Source: Candidatus Thorarchaeota archaeon
GTDB taxonomy: Archaea; Asgardarchaeota; Thorarchaeia; Thorarchaeales; Thorarchaeaceae
NCBI GenBank assembly: GCA_048882385.1
Contig: JBHLRQ010000028.1
Span: forward strand, 1 to 32,437
Direction of reading: 5' to 3'
DNA length: 32,437 nt
Part shown: in pieces, positions 9,216-18,634 of the stretch
Layout of the letters: each line of letters starts with the position of its first letter
How positions within the stretch are numbered: position 1 is the first letter of the stretch
Made by a program: the position numbers and the translations under genes
Notes under the pieces: model-generated
What the model saw: the letters and a program-made list of their open reading frames with translations, nothing else
Database searches by the model: none
What the model was told of the DNA's origin: nothing

Positions 9216-9521
9216 ATGAGTGGAAATAATGAAAATCCTAAGAAGGCATCAAAGCAGAGATCAACACATAGAGTGATTGGAAAAGCTCTATTGTTGCTAG
9301 GATTTTCAGTTTCGCTATTTACATTCATAATTGCTATGTACATCTCTCTTGCGGCATATACTGGGCAGAGCACTCAAATTACAGATTATCGAAGTTTATT
9401 GTCTCCTCTCACTCTAACTGGGGTTGTCATGATGGGTTTTGGTCTTGCCGCACTCCTCTATCCCTCTGGATTGTCCAAGGATGGCTCGTGGGTTCTTATG
9501 ACGGGACCTTATGTTAGATGA
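9216..9521 (+). CDS. Small 2-TM membrane protein, paralog of 1004-1312
   Basis: Two TM helices and the tail YPSGLSKDGSWVLMTGPY. Confidence 0.8.
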   Translation: MSGNNENPKKASKQRSTHRVIGKALLLLGFSVSLFTFIIAMYISLAAYTGQSTQITDYRSLLSPLTLTGVVMMGFGLAALLYPSGLSKDGSWVLMTGPYVR

Positions 9522-9890
9522 TTACTCTCTATTGAATTCGAGTAGTTCAAGGGTATTTCCAGCTGGATCCTTCATTGCCATAAAACGCCCCGCAACAAAA
9601 GGTTGTGGTTCATCATGCAAGAAATTAACCCCCTTATCTCTGAATTCTTCTGAGGTCTTCTCAATGTTGTCTGTTGCTACACACAATACGACCTGTGATG
9701 CGCCTGGATAGACTGCGTTTGATGGTTTGTCTACCTTTTCAAGAATCACAGTTGGACCATCACTCTTCAGTTGAATAATGCAGCCATCGTCGTATGTGCT
9801 TTCCACATCGAAACCCAGAGTATCACAATAGAACTCTCTAGCTTTATCGATATCATCCACATAGATTCCAATAACAGCGAAATTCGTCAT
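9522..9890 (-). CDS. VOC/glyoxalase family protein
   Basis: IYVDDIDKAREFYCDTLGF and MKDPAGNTLELLE. Probable start 9890 after GAGGAG. Confidence 0.92.
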   Translation of the reverse strand: MTNFAVIGIYVDDIDKAREFYCDTLGFDVESTYDDGCIIQLKSDGPTVILEKVDKPSNAVYPGASQVVLCVATDNIEKTSEEFRDKGVNFLHDEPQPFVAGRFMAMKDPAGNTLELLEFNRE

Positions 9891-9952
9891 TTGATCTCCT
9901 CTCTTCACATTAGAGATATCTGACATTGAATAAGTATTACCCACTGCGCATA

Positions 9953-11038
9953 CTAGTAGTCACGCTGCACAAGAAAGTTCGACATCTCAATGAGGAATTT
10001 CTTATATTTTGGATTCAATGCTGGTTTTGCATTGTCTAGAGCAGCTTGACCAGTAATCAGTAAATGTTCCATCAACTCCTGACAAGCCCTCAGGGCACCA
10101 GTGTCTTGAAAGATCTCCCTGACTCTGTCTACCTCCTCATCAGTCATCCCTTCTTTACCTAGCAGGTCGTCAAATTTCTTTCTCTGGTCTTTATTTGCCC
10201 TCGCATATGTTTCGAAGACTAGCATGGTCTTCTTGCCTTCTCGGATATCACCTGATGTTGACTTTCCAGTCTTTTCCTCATCACCAAAAGAACCCAGTAT
10301 ATCATCCTGAATCTGGAAAGCCTGCCCAACCTTGATCCCGAACTCCATGAGTGCTTCTAGTTGTGATTCGCTAGCTCGGGCCATTGCAGCTCCCATCATC
10401 AGAGATCTGTCGAACAAGACTGCAGTCTTCATTCGGACCATCTGGAGGTACATTTCAGAAGTTGCTGAGTCATCGATAATCATATTCATCTCCAGCAGAA
10501 CACCATCCACAAGATGTGAGTAGGCAAACTGGTAGTAATGCTGGCACTGCATTCCTATATCGGGATCGAGTTTGGCTGCAGTGATGGCTTCTGCACCAAG
10601 ATTGATGAGAGAGTCGCCACCCAGAATTGCCATCGTCATTCCATAGTCAAACGCAACCTCTTTGGATTCCCCCTTTTTCGTAGCCACATCCCGATAGGTT
10701 GCATGGAATGTCTTTCCACCACGGCGAGTTTCATCATGATCGATGAGGTCATCATGCAGGAGCGAGCCATTATGCAATATCTCTACAGAACAGGCGGCTT
10801 GGTAGACATGATCTATTTCCACCTCATCCTTGATTGCTTTGTATCCTACTACAACAAGAATCGGACGAAGTCTCTTTCCACCCCTTGTCATGTACTCCTT
10901 GATGTTTTCATAATACTGCTTATGCCAAGCGCTTAGCTTGCTTGCGCTTGTTATTTTGCTATCAAGGAATTTCCTTAGAGCTGCTTCAACGGAGTTGACT
11001 TCTTCTTTCAGGATATTCATGTACTCTGACAACGTCAA
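9953..11038 (-). CDS. idsA: Polyprenyl diphosphate synthase (GGPP synthase-like)
   Basis: GGKRLRP, LHDDLIDHDETRRG (first Asp-rich motif), MKTA, AFQIQDDILG, GK..GDIREGKKT. Confidence 0.9.
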   Translation of the reverse strand: MTLSEYMNILKEEVNSVEAALRKFLDSKITSASKLSAWHKQYYENIKEYMTRGGKRLRPILVVVGYKAIKDEVEIDHVYQAACSVEILHNGSLLHDDLIDHDETRRGGKTFHATYRDVATKKGESKEVAFDYGMTMAILGGDSLINLGAEAITAAKLDPDIGMQCQHYYQFAYSHLVDGVLLEMNMIIDDSATSEMYLQMVRMKTAVLFDRSLMMGAAMARASESQLEALMEFGIKVGQAFQIQDDILGSFGDEEKTGKSTSGDIREGKKTMLVFETYARANKDQRKKFDDLLGKEGMTDEEVDRVREIFQDTGALRACQELMEHLLITGQAALDNAKPALNPKYKKFLIEMSNFLVQRDY

Positions 11039-11121
11039 TCCTCTCTCTGACTGCTACCGGGTCATTCACCTTAATAGGATTGCTGAATCTGTCGACGATA
11101 GTTTAGTAAATTGCCGAACTA

Positions 11122-11574
11122 TTAAATCTGAGAGTCTTTGATTTTTACACTGAGTTCCCAAAGAGGGGGTGTGAGACCTAAGTCTACAAGAATATCGTAG
11201 AAGCAAAAAGCGCCCCATCTGTTCACAATTTTCCCATCTTGATTTATGTGAAGGATTGTTGCTCCCTCGAACTCCACAAACTTTCCAGTAGGTTCAAAAC
11301 CCCAAGCATTACCTTTGTGAGTTCCACTTCCCTTGTATTTTATCCAGACCTTATCATCATCAGCATTGATGTCAACAATCTCATACTTGAGGTCTGGAAA
11401 TACTGATCTGAAATATTTGATTTCGTGTTTGACTTGGTCAGGACCCACCTTGTCTATTGAAATCCAATCTGGGTTATAGTTGTCGTCGACGAGTTCATCC
11501 GCGAGGTCAAGGTCCGGTTTGCTCCACATCTCTTCAAACCATCTGCGACCTATCGATTCATTTCTTTGTTTCAT
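11122..11574 (-). CDS. SnoaL-like / ester cyclase family protein
   Basis: NTF2-like pattern FRSVFPDL...DDKVW...GTHKG..WGFEPTGK...DGKIV. Confidence 0.9.
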   Translation of the reverse strand: MKQRNESIGRRWFEEMWSKPDLDLADELVDDNYNPDWISIDKVGPDQVKHEIKYFRSVFPDLKYEIVDINADDDKVWIKYKGSGTHKGNAWGFEPTGKFVEFEGATILHINQDGKIVNRWGAFCFYDILVDLGLTPPLWELSVKIKDSQI

Positions 11575-11698
11575 AGTTGGTTTTCATAAGACTTCCAGTA
11601 TTTGGACGATTCGATATTACTCCTCAATCTCAGCACATTAGTCATAATGGTCAACATTATCAATGGGTTAGTCAAAGCTCAAGAATGGATGTTGCCTG

Positions 11699-12391
11699 AT
11701 GAGTAAAGGGATTCTCAGAGTTTTCTCAGAGGTTGCAGATCAGTATGAATTAATCAATCATGTTCTCACATTTTGGCTAGATATTCCTTGGAGAAAGAAG
11801 GCAGCTCAGGTGGCTGCAGCAGGGGGCGGAACACTTTGGTTGGAAGTCTGCAGCGGAACTGGAGATATGGCGATAAATCTCCAAAAGCATGCAAGTCATA
11901 GGACCAAACTCATAGTGACTGATTTCTCTTTACCAATGATATTGAAAGCCAAACAAAAGGAAGTACTCCAGACGGCATCGATATCCCTTGCCGACTCGAT
12001 GGAGCTACCATTTCCTGATGACACGTTTGATCTGGTAATGATTTCCTTCGCCACTCGAAATATCACCCCCACACGCAAAAAACTAGTGTCTTTCCTTAGA
12101 GAATTTCGTCGAGTCTTAAAACCAGGAGGTCGCTTCATCAATCTTGAAACCAGCCAACCTAAATGGACGCCAATCAGAATCGCATTTCGTTTCTATTCAA
12201 AACAAGTAATCAAGTTGGTTGGTAGACTAATATCAGGTTCTAAAACTGGATACACCTATCTTGCTCATACTGTATCACGTTTTTTTGATGCAGACGACCT
12301 TTCAGAAATCCTATACGAATCTGGATTTTCAAAAATCGATTATTGGACTATGACCTTTGGAGCAGTTGCAATTCATCGAGCAGTTAAATGA
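11699..12391 (+). CDS. ubiE: UbiE/MenG family quinone C-methyltransferase
   Basis: FSEVADQYELINHVLTFWLDIPWR, LEVCSGTGD, LPFPDDTFD, SFATRN, RVLKPGG, YTYL. Confidence 0.88.
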   Translation: MSKGILRVFSEVADQYELINHVLTFWLDIPWRKKAAQVAAAGGGTLWLEVCSGTGDMAINLQKHASHRTKLIVTDFSLPMILKAKQKEVLQTASISLADSMELPFPDDTFDLVMISFATRNITPTRKKLVSFLREFRRVLKPGGRFINLETSQPKWTPIRIAFRFYSKQVIKLVGRLISGSKTGYTYLAHTVSRFFDADDLSEILYESGFSKIDYWTMTFGAVAIHRAVK

Positions 12392-12415
12392 TTCATTTGA
12401 GTCTTCAAAAGGCGA

Positions 12416-12640
12416 ATGATTTTACTAGATGTTTTGAAATGTACTACGTTATCATTTCGCATGCTTCAGATATCATTGATTGGAATAACTTTCATGCTCA
12501 TCAGTATAATCACATTTCTGTTTCTTCTATACACAATATCAAATCTGAATCGATTAGGAATGTTTCAGCCACGAGCGATAGTCGAATTTTTTATTTTCAT
12601 TGGACCTCTCATTGTTGGATTCTATCTATGGTATTTCTAA
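12416..12640 (+). CDS. Small 2-TM hypothetical protein (start uncertain, possibly 12461)
   Basis: Two hydrophobic helices; fills the gap up to the convergent oxidoreductase stop. Confidence 0.5.
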   Translation: MILLDVLKCTTLSFRMLQISLIGITFMLISIITFLFLLYTISNLNRLGMFQPRAIVEFFIFIGPLIVGFYLWYF

Positions 12641-12641
12641 T

Positions 12642-13886
12642 CTACAAACTGATGACCTTCCCTTCTTTCCTACTTCGCTCGGCTGCAAATGTCATCAGAT
12701 GACTTTCAAGTGTTTCATCAGGTCCTGAAAGAATCTTGCTTGGATCATTCTCAGCAACAGCAGAAACAAAAGAGTCGATCAATGCATAGTCGCCACCACC
12801 GTGGTCCGCAAGTGATACTGGGTCCTCCTCAGATGTATCGATAATCACCTGAGCACCGTTCACAAAGTGATAGAGCTGTATCTTAGTTCCGTTGCCGTAT
12901 ATCTCGCCCTCTGTTCCAAATATCCTTGTTTCTCTCTGTCTTGCCTTGGTGAAACCAGTCATTGTGAATGAAGCAGTTTGACCACCCTCAAACTCCATGT
13001 TTACGACTTGGTGGTCCACAACATCGTTGTCACAGTCATAGACACAGCGGCCATAGGGTCCGTTTCTGATGGCCCAGATAATGCCTCCCTTGGTCAGTTC
13101 AGTCGTGATTACACTGACTGGCCATCCCTTCTTCCCTTTCTCAAACAACTGAAGGTAAATCCTCTTTGCAGAGTACGGACATTCAGGCTCATAGTCGCAC
13201 TCCATGCAGTTACTACCTGCATTTTCAGGTTTGTTCTCACTTCGAAAATGAGTTAGCGATCCGAAGGATGAAACCGCTGTACATTTCTGGCCCATAATAT
13301 ATCGAATCCAGTCTAAATCATGACATGATTTAGACAAAAGCATGAAAGAGGACTCCTTCTCATTCCTCCAGTTTCCCCTCACAAAAGAATGAGCCTGATG
13401 CCAGTATCCCACAGGCTCCAATCGCTGGATGTTTATTATGTCACCAATAAAGCCGGAATCAAGGATTGACTTAAGCTTCTGTGTATATCTGGTGTACCGA
13501 AGGACATGACCCACCGCAAAGATGATGTCTTGTGACTTGACTGCTTTTGCAATGTCTCTACAGCTCTTCTCATCTGGTGCCATTGGTTTCTCAAGGAGAA
13601 TGTGGTATTTCTTCTTGGCAAAAGCTAGCGTCGGAGCCTTGTGCATGTGATCCTGTGTCGCGATGATTACAGCGTCTGCGAACTTGTTTCTCTTTGCCAT
13701 ATCCTTCCAGTCTGTGAAGACATTCTCTTCTGGTATTTTATGCTGCTTGGCTAACCTCTCACGGTAGAAATCACGAGGTTCCGCAACTCCTACGATTTTT
13801 GCTCTTTTGGGGTGAACCTTTGCATAGGATGCATAGACAGATCCCCGGTCGCCAGCTCCTGCAATTATCAATTCTACTGGATTCAT
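12642..13886 (-). CDS. Gfo/Idh/MocA family NAD(P)-dependent oxidoreductase
   Basis: IIAGAGDRG, LLEKPMA, VGHVLRY, HSFVRGNW, KSCHDLD, Cys-rich insert, HGGGD. Probable start M-N-P-V at 13886. Confidence 0.93.
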   Translation of the reverse strand: MNPVELIIAGAGDRGSVYASYAKVHPKRAKIVGVAEPRDFYRERLAKQHKIPEENVFTDWKDMAKRNKFADAVIIATQDHMHKAPTLAFAKKKYHILLEKPMAPDEKSCRDIAKAVKSQDIIFAVGHVLRYTRYTQKLKSILDSGFIGDIINIQRLEPVGYWHQAHSFVRGNWRNEKESSFMLLSKSCHDLDWIRYIMGQKCTAVSSFGSLTHFRSENKPENAGSNCMECDYEPECPYSAKRIYLQLFEKGKKGWPVSVITTELTKGGIIWAIRNGPYGRCVYDCDNDVVDHQVVNMEFEGGQTASFTMTGFTKARQRETRIFGTEGEIYGNGTKIQLYHFVNGAQVIIDTSEEDPVSLADHGGGDYALIDSFVSAVAENDPSKILSGPDETLESHLMTFAAERSRKEGKVISL

Positions 13887-14007
13887 CTTGTACATCCAAC
13901 CTAGATGTACATTGCTGGACAATGGCTACATTTCAATCTATACCCCAAAGTCAATGTTTAGGAAGAATAATTAGGTCGAAGGAAAAGATTAGGTCAGGTA
14001 GTTTGAG

Positions 14008-14220
14008 TTGGGATTGAGTAAAGATTCTTCGGTACCTGATATCGATTTGGATAATTGTCAATACTGTATCGTTGTTATGATTGCCATCACGATATTTACT
14101 GGCTATCTTTCATTAGGAGTGTCATGGGACCCATTTCCTTTTGCAGTCGCTCTTGGTCTAGCAACAGTAGCGGCGTCAATTCTCTATCTAGCTAGATCAA
14201 TGCAGACTAACAAAGGATAG
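14008..14220 (+). CDS. Small 2-TM hypothetical protein with CxxC
   Basis: TTG start after AGGT; CQYC followed by two TM helices. Confidence 0.55.
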   Translation: MGLSKDSSVPDIDLDNCQYCIVVMIAITIFTGYLSLGVSWDPFPFAVALGLATVAASILYLARSMQTNKG

Positions 14221-14300
14221 ATTCAATCTCTCAACGAAATCTGTATTCATTCCTCAAAGTATAAATCAATAATTTTAACGATAGTTTATTGTGAACCGTC

Positions 14301-14594
14301 ATGAGAATTGTCATGCTATATCATACTAAAGTCAAACGAGACGCTGTTGAGAAGATGGATGAACTTCGAGAGAGTTTCCGCAAGCTATATGATCAACACG
14401 GAATTGAAGTGATAGGTCGCTGGAAGAGCGTTGAAACTCCCCATGAGAGCTATTACATGGTTAGCTATGATAGTGAAGATGATTATCAACAAAAGATCAA
14501 AACACTTCATGATGACGAGAACTATCTGAATTTGACCTCCCAACTCAATGAGATTCGTACAGACTTTAAAGCAATAAAGTTGATTTCTCAATAA
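14301..14594 (+). CDS. NIPSNAP-like dimeric alpha/beta barrel protein
   Basis: LYDQHGIEVIGRW...YYMVSYDSEDD pattern, 97 aa. Confidence 0.75.
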   Translation: MRIVMLYHTKVKRDAVEKMDELRESFRKLYDQHGIEVIGRWKSVETPHESYYMVSYDSEDDYQQKIKTLHDDENYLNLTSQLNEIRTDFKAIKLISQ

Positions 14595-14767
14595 TACGAA
14601 ACAAGTTCGAAGTTCTCTGTAAATCGCATCAATTAAGTGATTTAGATCAGTCAGTTTGAAAGAAACAATTTAAAATCTGAAACAAACGGAATTCTCGTCT
14701 CTAAACGCAGAGTTCATAATCCCTTGCTTAATCTTTCAATCGTATGGAATAGCAGGGAGATTCGAAT

Positions 14768-15331
14768 ATGGGAAAAACAGATGAAAAGGACTCCGAGATT
14801 GTCAATCCGAATATATCGAGATTACTTGTCATTCTCTCAATTATCATGGCTTTTCTAGCTCCAGTTGCTTTTTGGTACTATGCAGATTGGGGATTCTCCT
14901 TCTCAGTTATTGCCATACTCTGGCAACTGTACGTGTCCAATTATGGAATTGACTTCTATCTCGTTTCGCCTAGTATGTCGATGTTTCTTATGTTCCCATT
15001 TCTCCTACTTCGCCTAGCTTTGCCATATCAACTTAACAAGTACTATCAGAATCGAACTACTAGGCCACGTACTGCATTTGCTGCAGTTCTAGCTGACATT
15101 CCATATATCGTCGTTTTTCTGCCATCTATTATAATTAGTATCATCTCCGGAGGAATCTTTTACTTTAGTTGGCCAACCCCGATAATGATGGTATTTGGAC
15201 TTCTAGTTCTATGGAGAAGACCAATGCCCAAAGCTAAAGTTCCATGGGGTGAAGTTGAAAAGATAAAATATTGGTGGGAAGAAGAACAATCAGACACTCC
15301 TAGCTCCAGTAAGTCTAAGACTCCGTGGTAG
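14768..15331 (+). CDS. Hypothetical multi-pass membrane protein
   Basis: 4-5 TM helices; Pro/Trp-rich tail (VPW...WWEE...TPW). Confidence 0.8.
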   Translation: MGKTDEKDSEIVNPNISRLLVILSIIMAFLAPVAFWYYADWGFSFSVIAILWQLYVSNYGIDFYLVSPSMSMFLMFPFLLLRLALPYQLNKYYQNRTTRPRTAFAAVLADIPYIVVFLPSIIISIISGGIFYFSWPTPIMMVFGLLVLWRRPMPKAKVPWGEVEKIKYWWEEEQSDTPSSSKSKTPW

Positions 15332-15368
15332 GACTTTCAGAAATCAGATTTCTATTCTGATACATTAT

Positions 15369-15791
15369 CTAGGATAGATGGTTTATGGCAGTCTGATTCG
15401 CTTCTGCAAGTAGCTCGAAGGAATAGGCAGCTTCAATCAAGAAATCGATTTTGGCACCAGCCTGAGTGTAGAACTCCAAGAGTTTCTTCTCTATAGCCAC
15501 CGCTAACTCTTGAATATCCTTTTCTGTCCCACTGGAAGATATCTCAGTTTGTAGAATATAGTTCTCAGAATCCAGTCCAATTATAGGTTCAAGAATCATC
15601 TCAGTAACATTCTCTCTCCGGACTCTTTCAAGAGTATTGAGTCGTTTTCCTCCTCGCTTTTGCAAGTCTTGCAGGCGACCTGCTAGATTTTGATTCCGTA
15701 CAATCTTACTTACTGATTCGTAGAAACTAGTGGCTTCTTGTTCCAGTTTCATAGCAAACTTCAGAATTGCACCAAACGTTCCAAGTTCCAA
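15369..15791 (-). CDS. Ferritin/rubrerythrin-like four-helix protein with degenerate metal site
   Basis: ILKFAMKLEQEATSFYE and LAVAIEKKLLEFY are rubrerythrin-type helices; the ExxH ligands are absent. Starts 9 nt after the mmsA stop. Confidence 0.7.
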   Translation of the reverse strand: MELGTFGAILKFAMKLEQEATSFYESVSKIVRNQNLAGRLQDLQKRGGKRLNTLERVRRENVTEMILEPIIGLDSENYILQTEISSSGTEKDIQELAVAIEKKLLEFYTQAGAKIDFLIEAAYSFELLAEANQTAINHLS

Positions 15792-15800
15792 TCATATCAC

Positions 15801-17282
15801 CTAGAACCAACGAGTGATTACGACCTTGTTCTCTGTGAAGAAGTCTACTGCATCTCGACCTTGACCATGTAGATCACCCATGAACGAGTCTTTCATACCT
15901 GAGAATGGGAATGTCGCTATTGGTGCAACAACTCCTATATTGATGCCAATATTTCCAGCCTTCACTCTGTATTGGTACTCACGTGCAATCTTCCCACTCG
16001 ATGTGAATACAGATGATGCATTTCCGTATGGATTCGCATGTATGATCTCTATGGCCTCATCAAGACTACTGACCTGAACTATTGGAATGACTGGTCCAAA
16101 AATCTCCTCTTTGGCAATCGTCATCTCAGGAGTGACTTTGTCAAATATAGTAGGTCCAATGAAATAGCCATTTGGATGCTCTGGGATTTCAATTCCTCGT
16201 CCATCCAATATGAGTTCTGCACCTTCCTCGATACCCATCTTAATATATCCAAGAACCTTCTCCATTCCTTTCTTTGAAGCCAAGGGTCCCATCTGGACGC
16301 CCTCTTCCAAGCCATTACCAACGCTGTAGTTCTTGGCTGCTTCAACTAACGCTTTCTTTAGAGGTTCATAGATATCTCCAACGGCTAGTAGAACCCCTCC
16401 AGCCAAACAGCGTTGGCCTGCGCATCCATAGAATGATGTTATGAGGGCTGGAACAGTTCGATCCAAATCTGCATCAGGCATGATAGTGAGAAAGTTCTTT
16501 GCACCTCCCTGAACTTGAGCTCGTTTGCCATGTTCACCCGCTTTCTTGTATAGCAACTTTCCAACTGGAGATGAACCCACAAAAGACATGCCCACCGTAT
16601 CCGGACTTTCTAATAAGGCATTGACTGCCTCAGCACCACCATGGACCATGTTCAACACACCTCGTGGCAATCCAAGTTCATGAATGATTTCGAATTGCCT
16701 GACCTGGCTCAGAGGTACTTGCTCAGAGGGCTTCACGATGTATGTATTTCCCACCCCAATTGCAAAGGGCCAGAACCAAGTTGGTACCATGCCTGGAAAG
16801 TTGAATGGTGCCACACAGAAGAATACACCAAGCGGTTGTTTAATGACCATCTCGTCTATTTCTGCTGCAATATCTTCTGTGTTATACCCCATTTGAAGCG
16901 ATGGAACGCTGGTAGCACACTCTAGATTCTCTATAGTGCGACGATATTCACCCCTTGCTTCATCAATGGCTTTGCCTTGCTCCATGGTCAGAATCTTCGA
17001 TAGTTCCTCAAAATTCTCTTCGAAAGCATCTCTAATTCTATTCAGATGTCGAACCCTTGTAAAGACAGGAGTTCGCCTCCATCGATCGTAGGCTGCTTTT
17101 GCTGCGGCTATTGCTTCACGGGTCTCTTCAGCGGTACTCATCGGAGTTTTTGCTATCAATTCACCAGTGGCTGGATTGAAAACGTCTCTAGTTTCTTTTG
17201 CTTTGGACTCCACCCAACGTCCGTTGATGTAGTTCTTTACAATTTCTACTGTCAAGATGGTCACTTCCAGTTCGGAACTCAT
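15801..17282 (-). CDS. mmsA: CoA-acylating (methyl)malonate-semialdehyde dehydrogenase
   Basis: APFNFP, KPSEQVP, SFVGSS, QGGAKNF, AGQRCLA (catalytic Cys), EEIFGPV, terminal VITRW. Confidence 0.93.
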   Translation of the reverse strand: MSSELEVTILTVEIVKNYINGRWVESKAKETRDVFNPATGELIAKTPMSTAEETREAIAAAKAAYDRWRRTPVFTRVRHLNRIRDAFEENFEELSKILTMEQGKAIDEARGEYRRTIENLECATSVPSLQMGYNTEDIAAEIDEMVIKQPLGVFFCVAPFNFPGMVPTWFWPFAIGVGNTYIVKPSEQVPLSQVRQFEIIHELGLPRGVLNMVHGGAEAVNALLESPDTVGMSFVGSSPVGKLLYKKAGEHGKRAQVQGGAKNFLTIMPDADLDRTVPALITSFYGCAGQRCLAGGVLLAVGDIYEPLKKALVEAAKNYSVGNGLEEGVQMGPLASKKGMEKVLGYIKMGIEEGAELILDGRGIEIPEHPNGYFIGPTIFDKVTPEMTIAKEEIFGPVIPIVQVSSLDEAIEIIHANPYGNASSVFTSSGKIAREYQYRVKAGNIGINIGVVAPIATFPFSGMKDSFMGDLHGQGRDAVDFFTENKVVITRWF

Positions 17283-17318
17283 TAGTCGCTTCGATGTGTA
17301 TTTGATTCTTGTGTAATC

Positions 17319-18530
17319 TCAGTTTGTGTGTACAAAATCAATTGCATTATCTTTGCACACAACATAACAGAGCCCACACCCATCACATTTCTCAGGATTT
17401 ATGACCGCTTTTTTGTCTCTCATCTGAATAGCAACATACCCCCCATCTGCACAGGCAATGACACACTCCTTACATCCGGAGCAGTTATCATTCACACTCG
17501 CGATAACTGGAGGGAGTTTACTCAAAGCAGTCCATGTTGTGATCTTTGGTAGAGCTTTTCCAACAACCTCTTCGAGTCTATTGTAGCCCTTTCTTTTCAA
17601 AAACTTAGCAACACCCTCCGTGAGTTTTTTGATTATCGAGAACCCATACCACATCGCAGCAGTGCATATTTGAAGGGTTCTTGCTCCCACCATATGATAT
17701 TCTATTGCTGTTGTCCAACTATCAATTCCACCAATTCCGGAAATTGGAAAGGCCGGAATTGCCTTTGCAATTTGAGACACAAATCTAAGCCCCAATGGTT
17801 TGACCGCGGGACCACAAAAACCACCATAGGTACTGAATTGTTCCTTCTTGTCCACTCCATATGCAATGGGTAATGGAGTTGCACTTTCGATATCAATGCC
17901 AATGAGTGACTCCACCGTATTGATTGCCGAGATTGCATCAGCTCCTCCTCTAACGGCCGCTTGCGCAATGGGTACGATGTCTGTTACATTTGGTGTCAGC
18001 TTGACTATTATCGGAAGGTCCGTCCCTTTCTTGGCTGCTCGGGTCACACGTTCAACAAGTGTAGCGTCTTGACCAATGAAAGCTCCCATATGTTTCTCTG
18101 GTGAGCCATGAGGACATGAAACGTTCAGTTCGATAGCGTCAGCTCCTGTCTGAGACATAGTTTCAGCCAACTTTGTCCACCCTTCTGGTTCAGGTCCGCT
18201 CATCATGCTTGCTACGAAAATGAAGTCCTCTGGAGCTTCCTGTTTTATTCTCGGAATCCAGTCGTCGGTCCAAGTTGATAGAGGTTCACGCGAAAGTAGC
18301 TCAATATTGTTCATCCCGATTGCTCTTCCATCATGGCGAAGAACACCAAGTCGAGTCCTAGGATCAACTGTAGGTTCCTCCGTAATAGTCTTCATCACAG
18401 CGCCGCCCCATCCTAGTTTTGCAGCCCTGATTATATGACGTGCATCCATTGTAGGTGGAGCAGATGACAGCATGAATGGATTTTTGAATGTGATTCCTGC
18501 AAACTCGATTTCCAATTGCTTTGAGGTCAT
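17319..18530 (-). CDS. preA: Dihydropyrimidine dehydrogenase, PreA/PydA subunit (FMN barrel + 2x[4Fe-4S])
   Basis: NPFMLSSAPP, GMNNIEL, ELNVSCPHG, VKLTPNVTDI, GGFCGPAVKP; ferredoxin motifs CSGCKECVIAC and CDGCGLCYVVC. Confidence 0.93.
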   Translation of the reverse strand: MTSKQLEIEFAGITFKNPFMLSSAPPTMDARHIIRAAKLGWGGAVMKTITEEPTVDPRTRLGVLRHDGRAIGMNNIELLSREPLSTWTDDWIPRIKQEAPEDFIFVASMMSGPEPEGWTKLAETMSQTGADAIELNVSCPHGSPEKHMGAFIGQDATLVERVTRAAKKGTDLPIIVKLTPNVTDIVPIAQAAVRGGADAISAINTVESLIGIDIESATPLPIAYGVDKKEQFSTYGGFCGPAVKPLGLRFVSQIAKAIPAFPISGIGGIDSWTTAIEYHMVGARTLQICTAAMWYGFSIIKKLTEGVAKFLKRKGYNRLEEVVGKALPKITTWTALSKLPPVIASVNDNCSGCKECVIACADGGYVAIQMRDKKAVINPEKCDGCGLCYVVCKDNAIDFVHTN

Positions 18531-18569
18531 AATATGCTCTTCCTCCAGCTTTTTGGTGGTAATACTACG

Positions 18570-18589
18570 TCCCTAAAGGCCTTTAGGGA
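18570..18589. promoter_or_regulatory. Perfect 20-bp palindrome in the preA / aminotransferase divergent promoter
   Basis: TCCCTAAAGG|CCTTTAGGGA. Confidence 0.65.
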
Positions 18590-18634
18590 AGTGTTTCTTT
18601 GCAGTGTTCCGCGAAACCTGAAGTGGTGATTACG

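Noticed and set aside
13943-13963. CCCCAAAG...TTTAGGA as a third pyrimidine-cluster operator
   Set aside because: Half-site spacing differs (7 vs 4 nt) and the neighbouring gene is unrelated.
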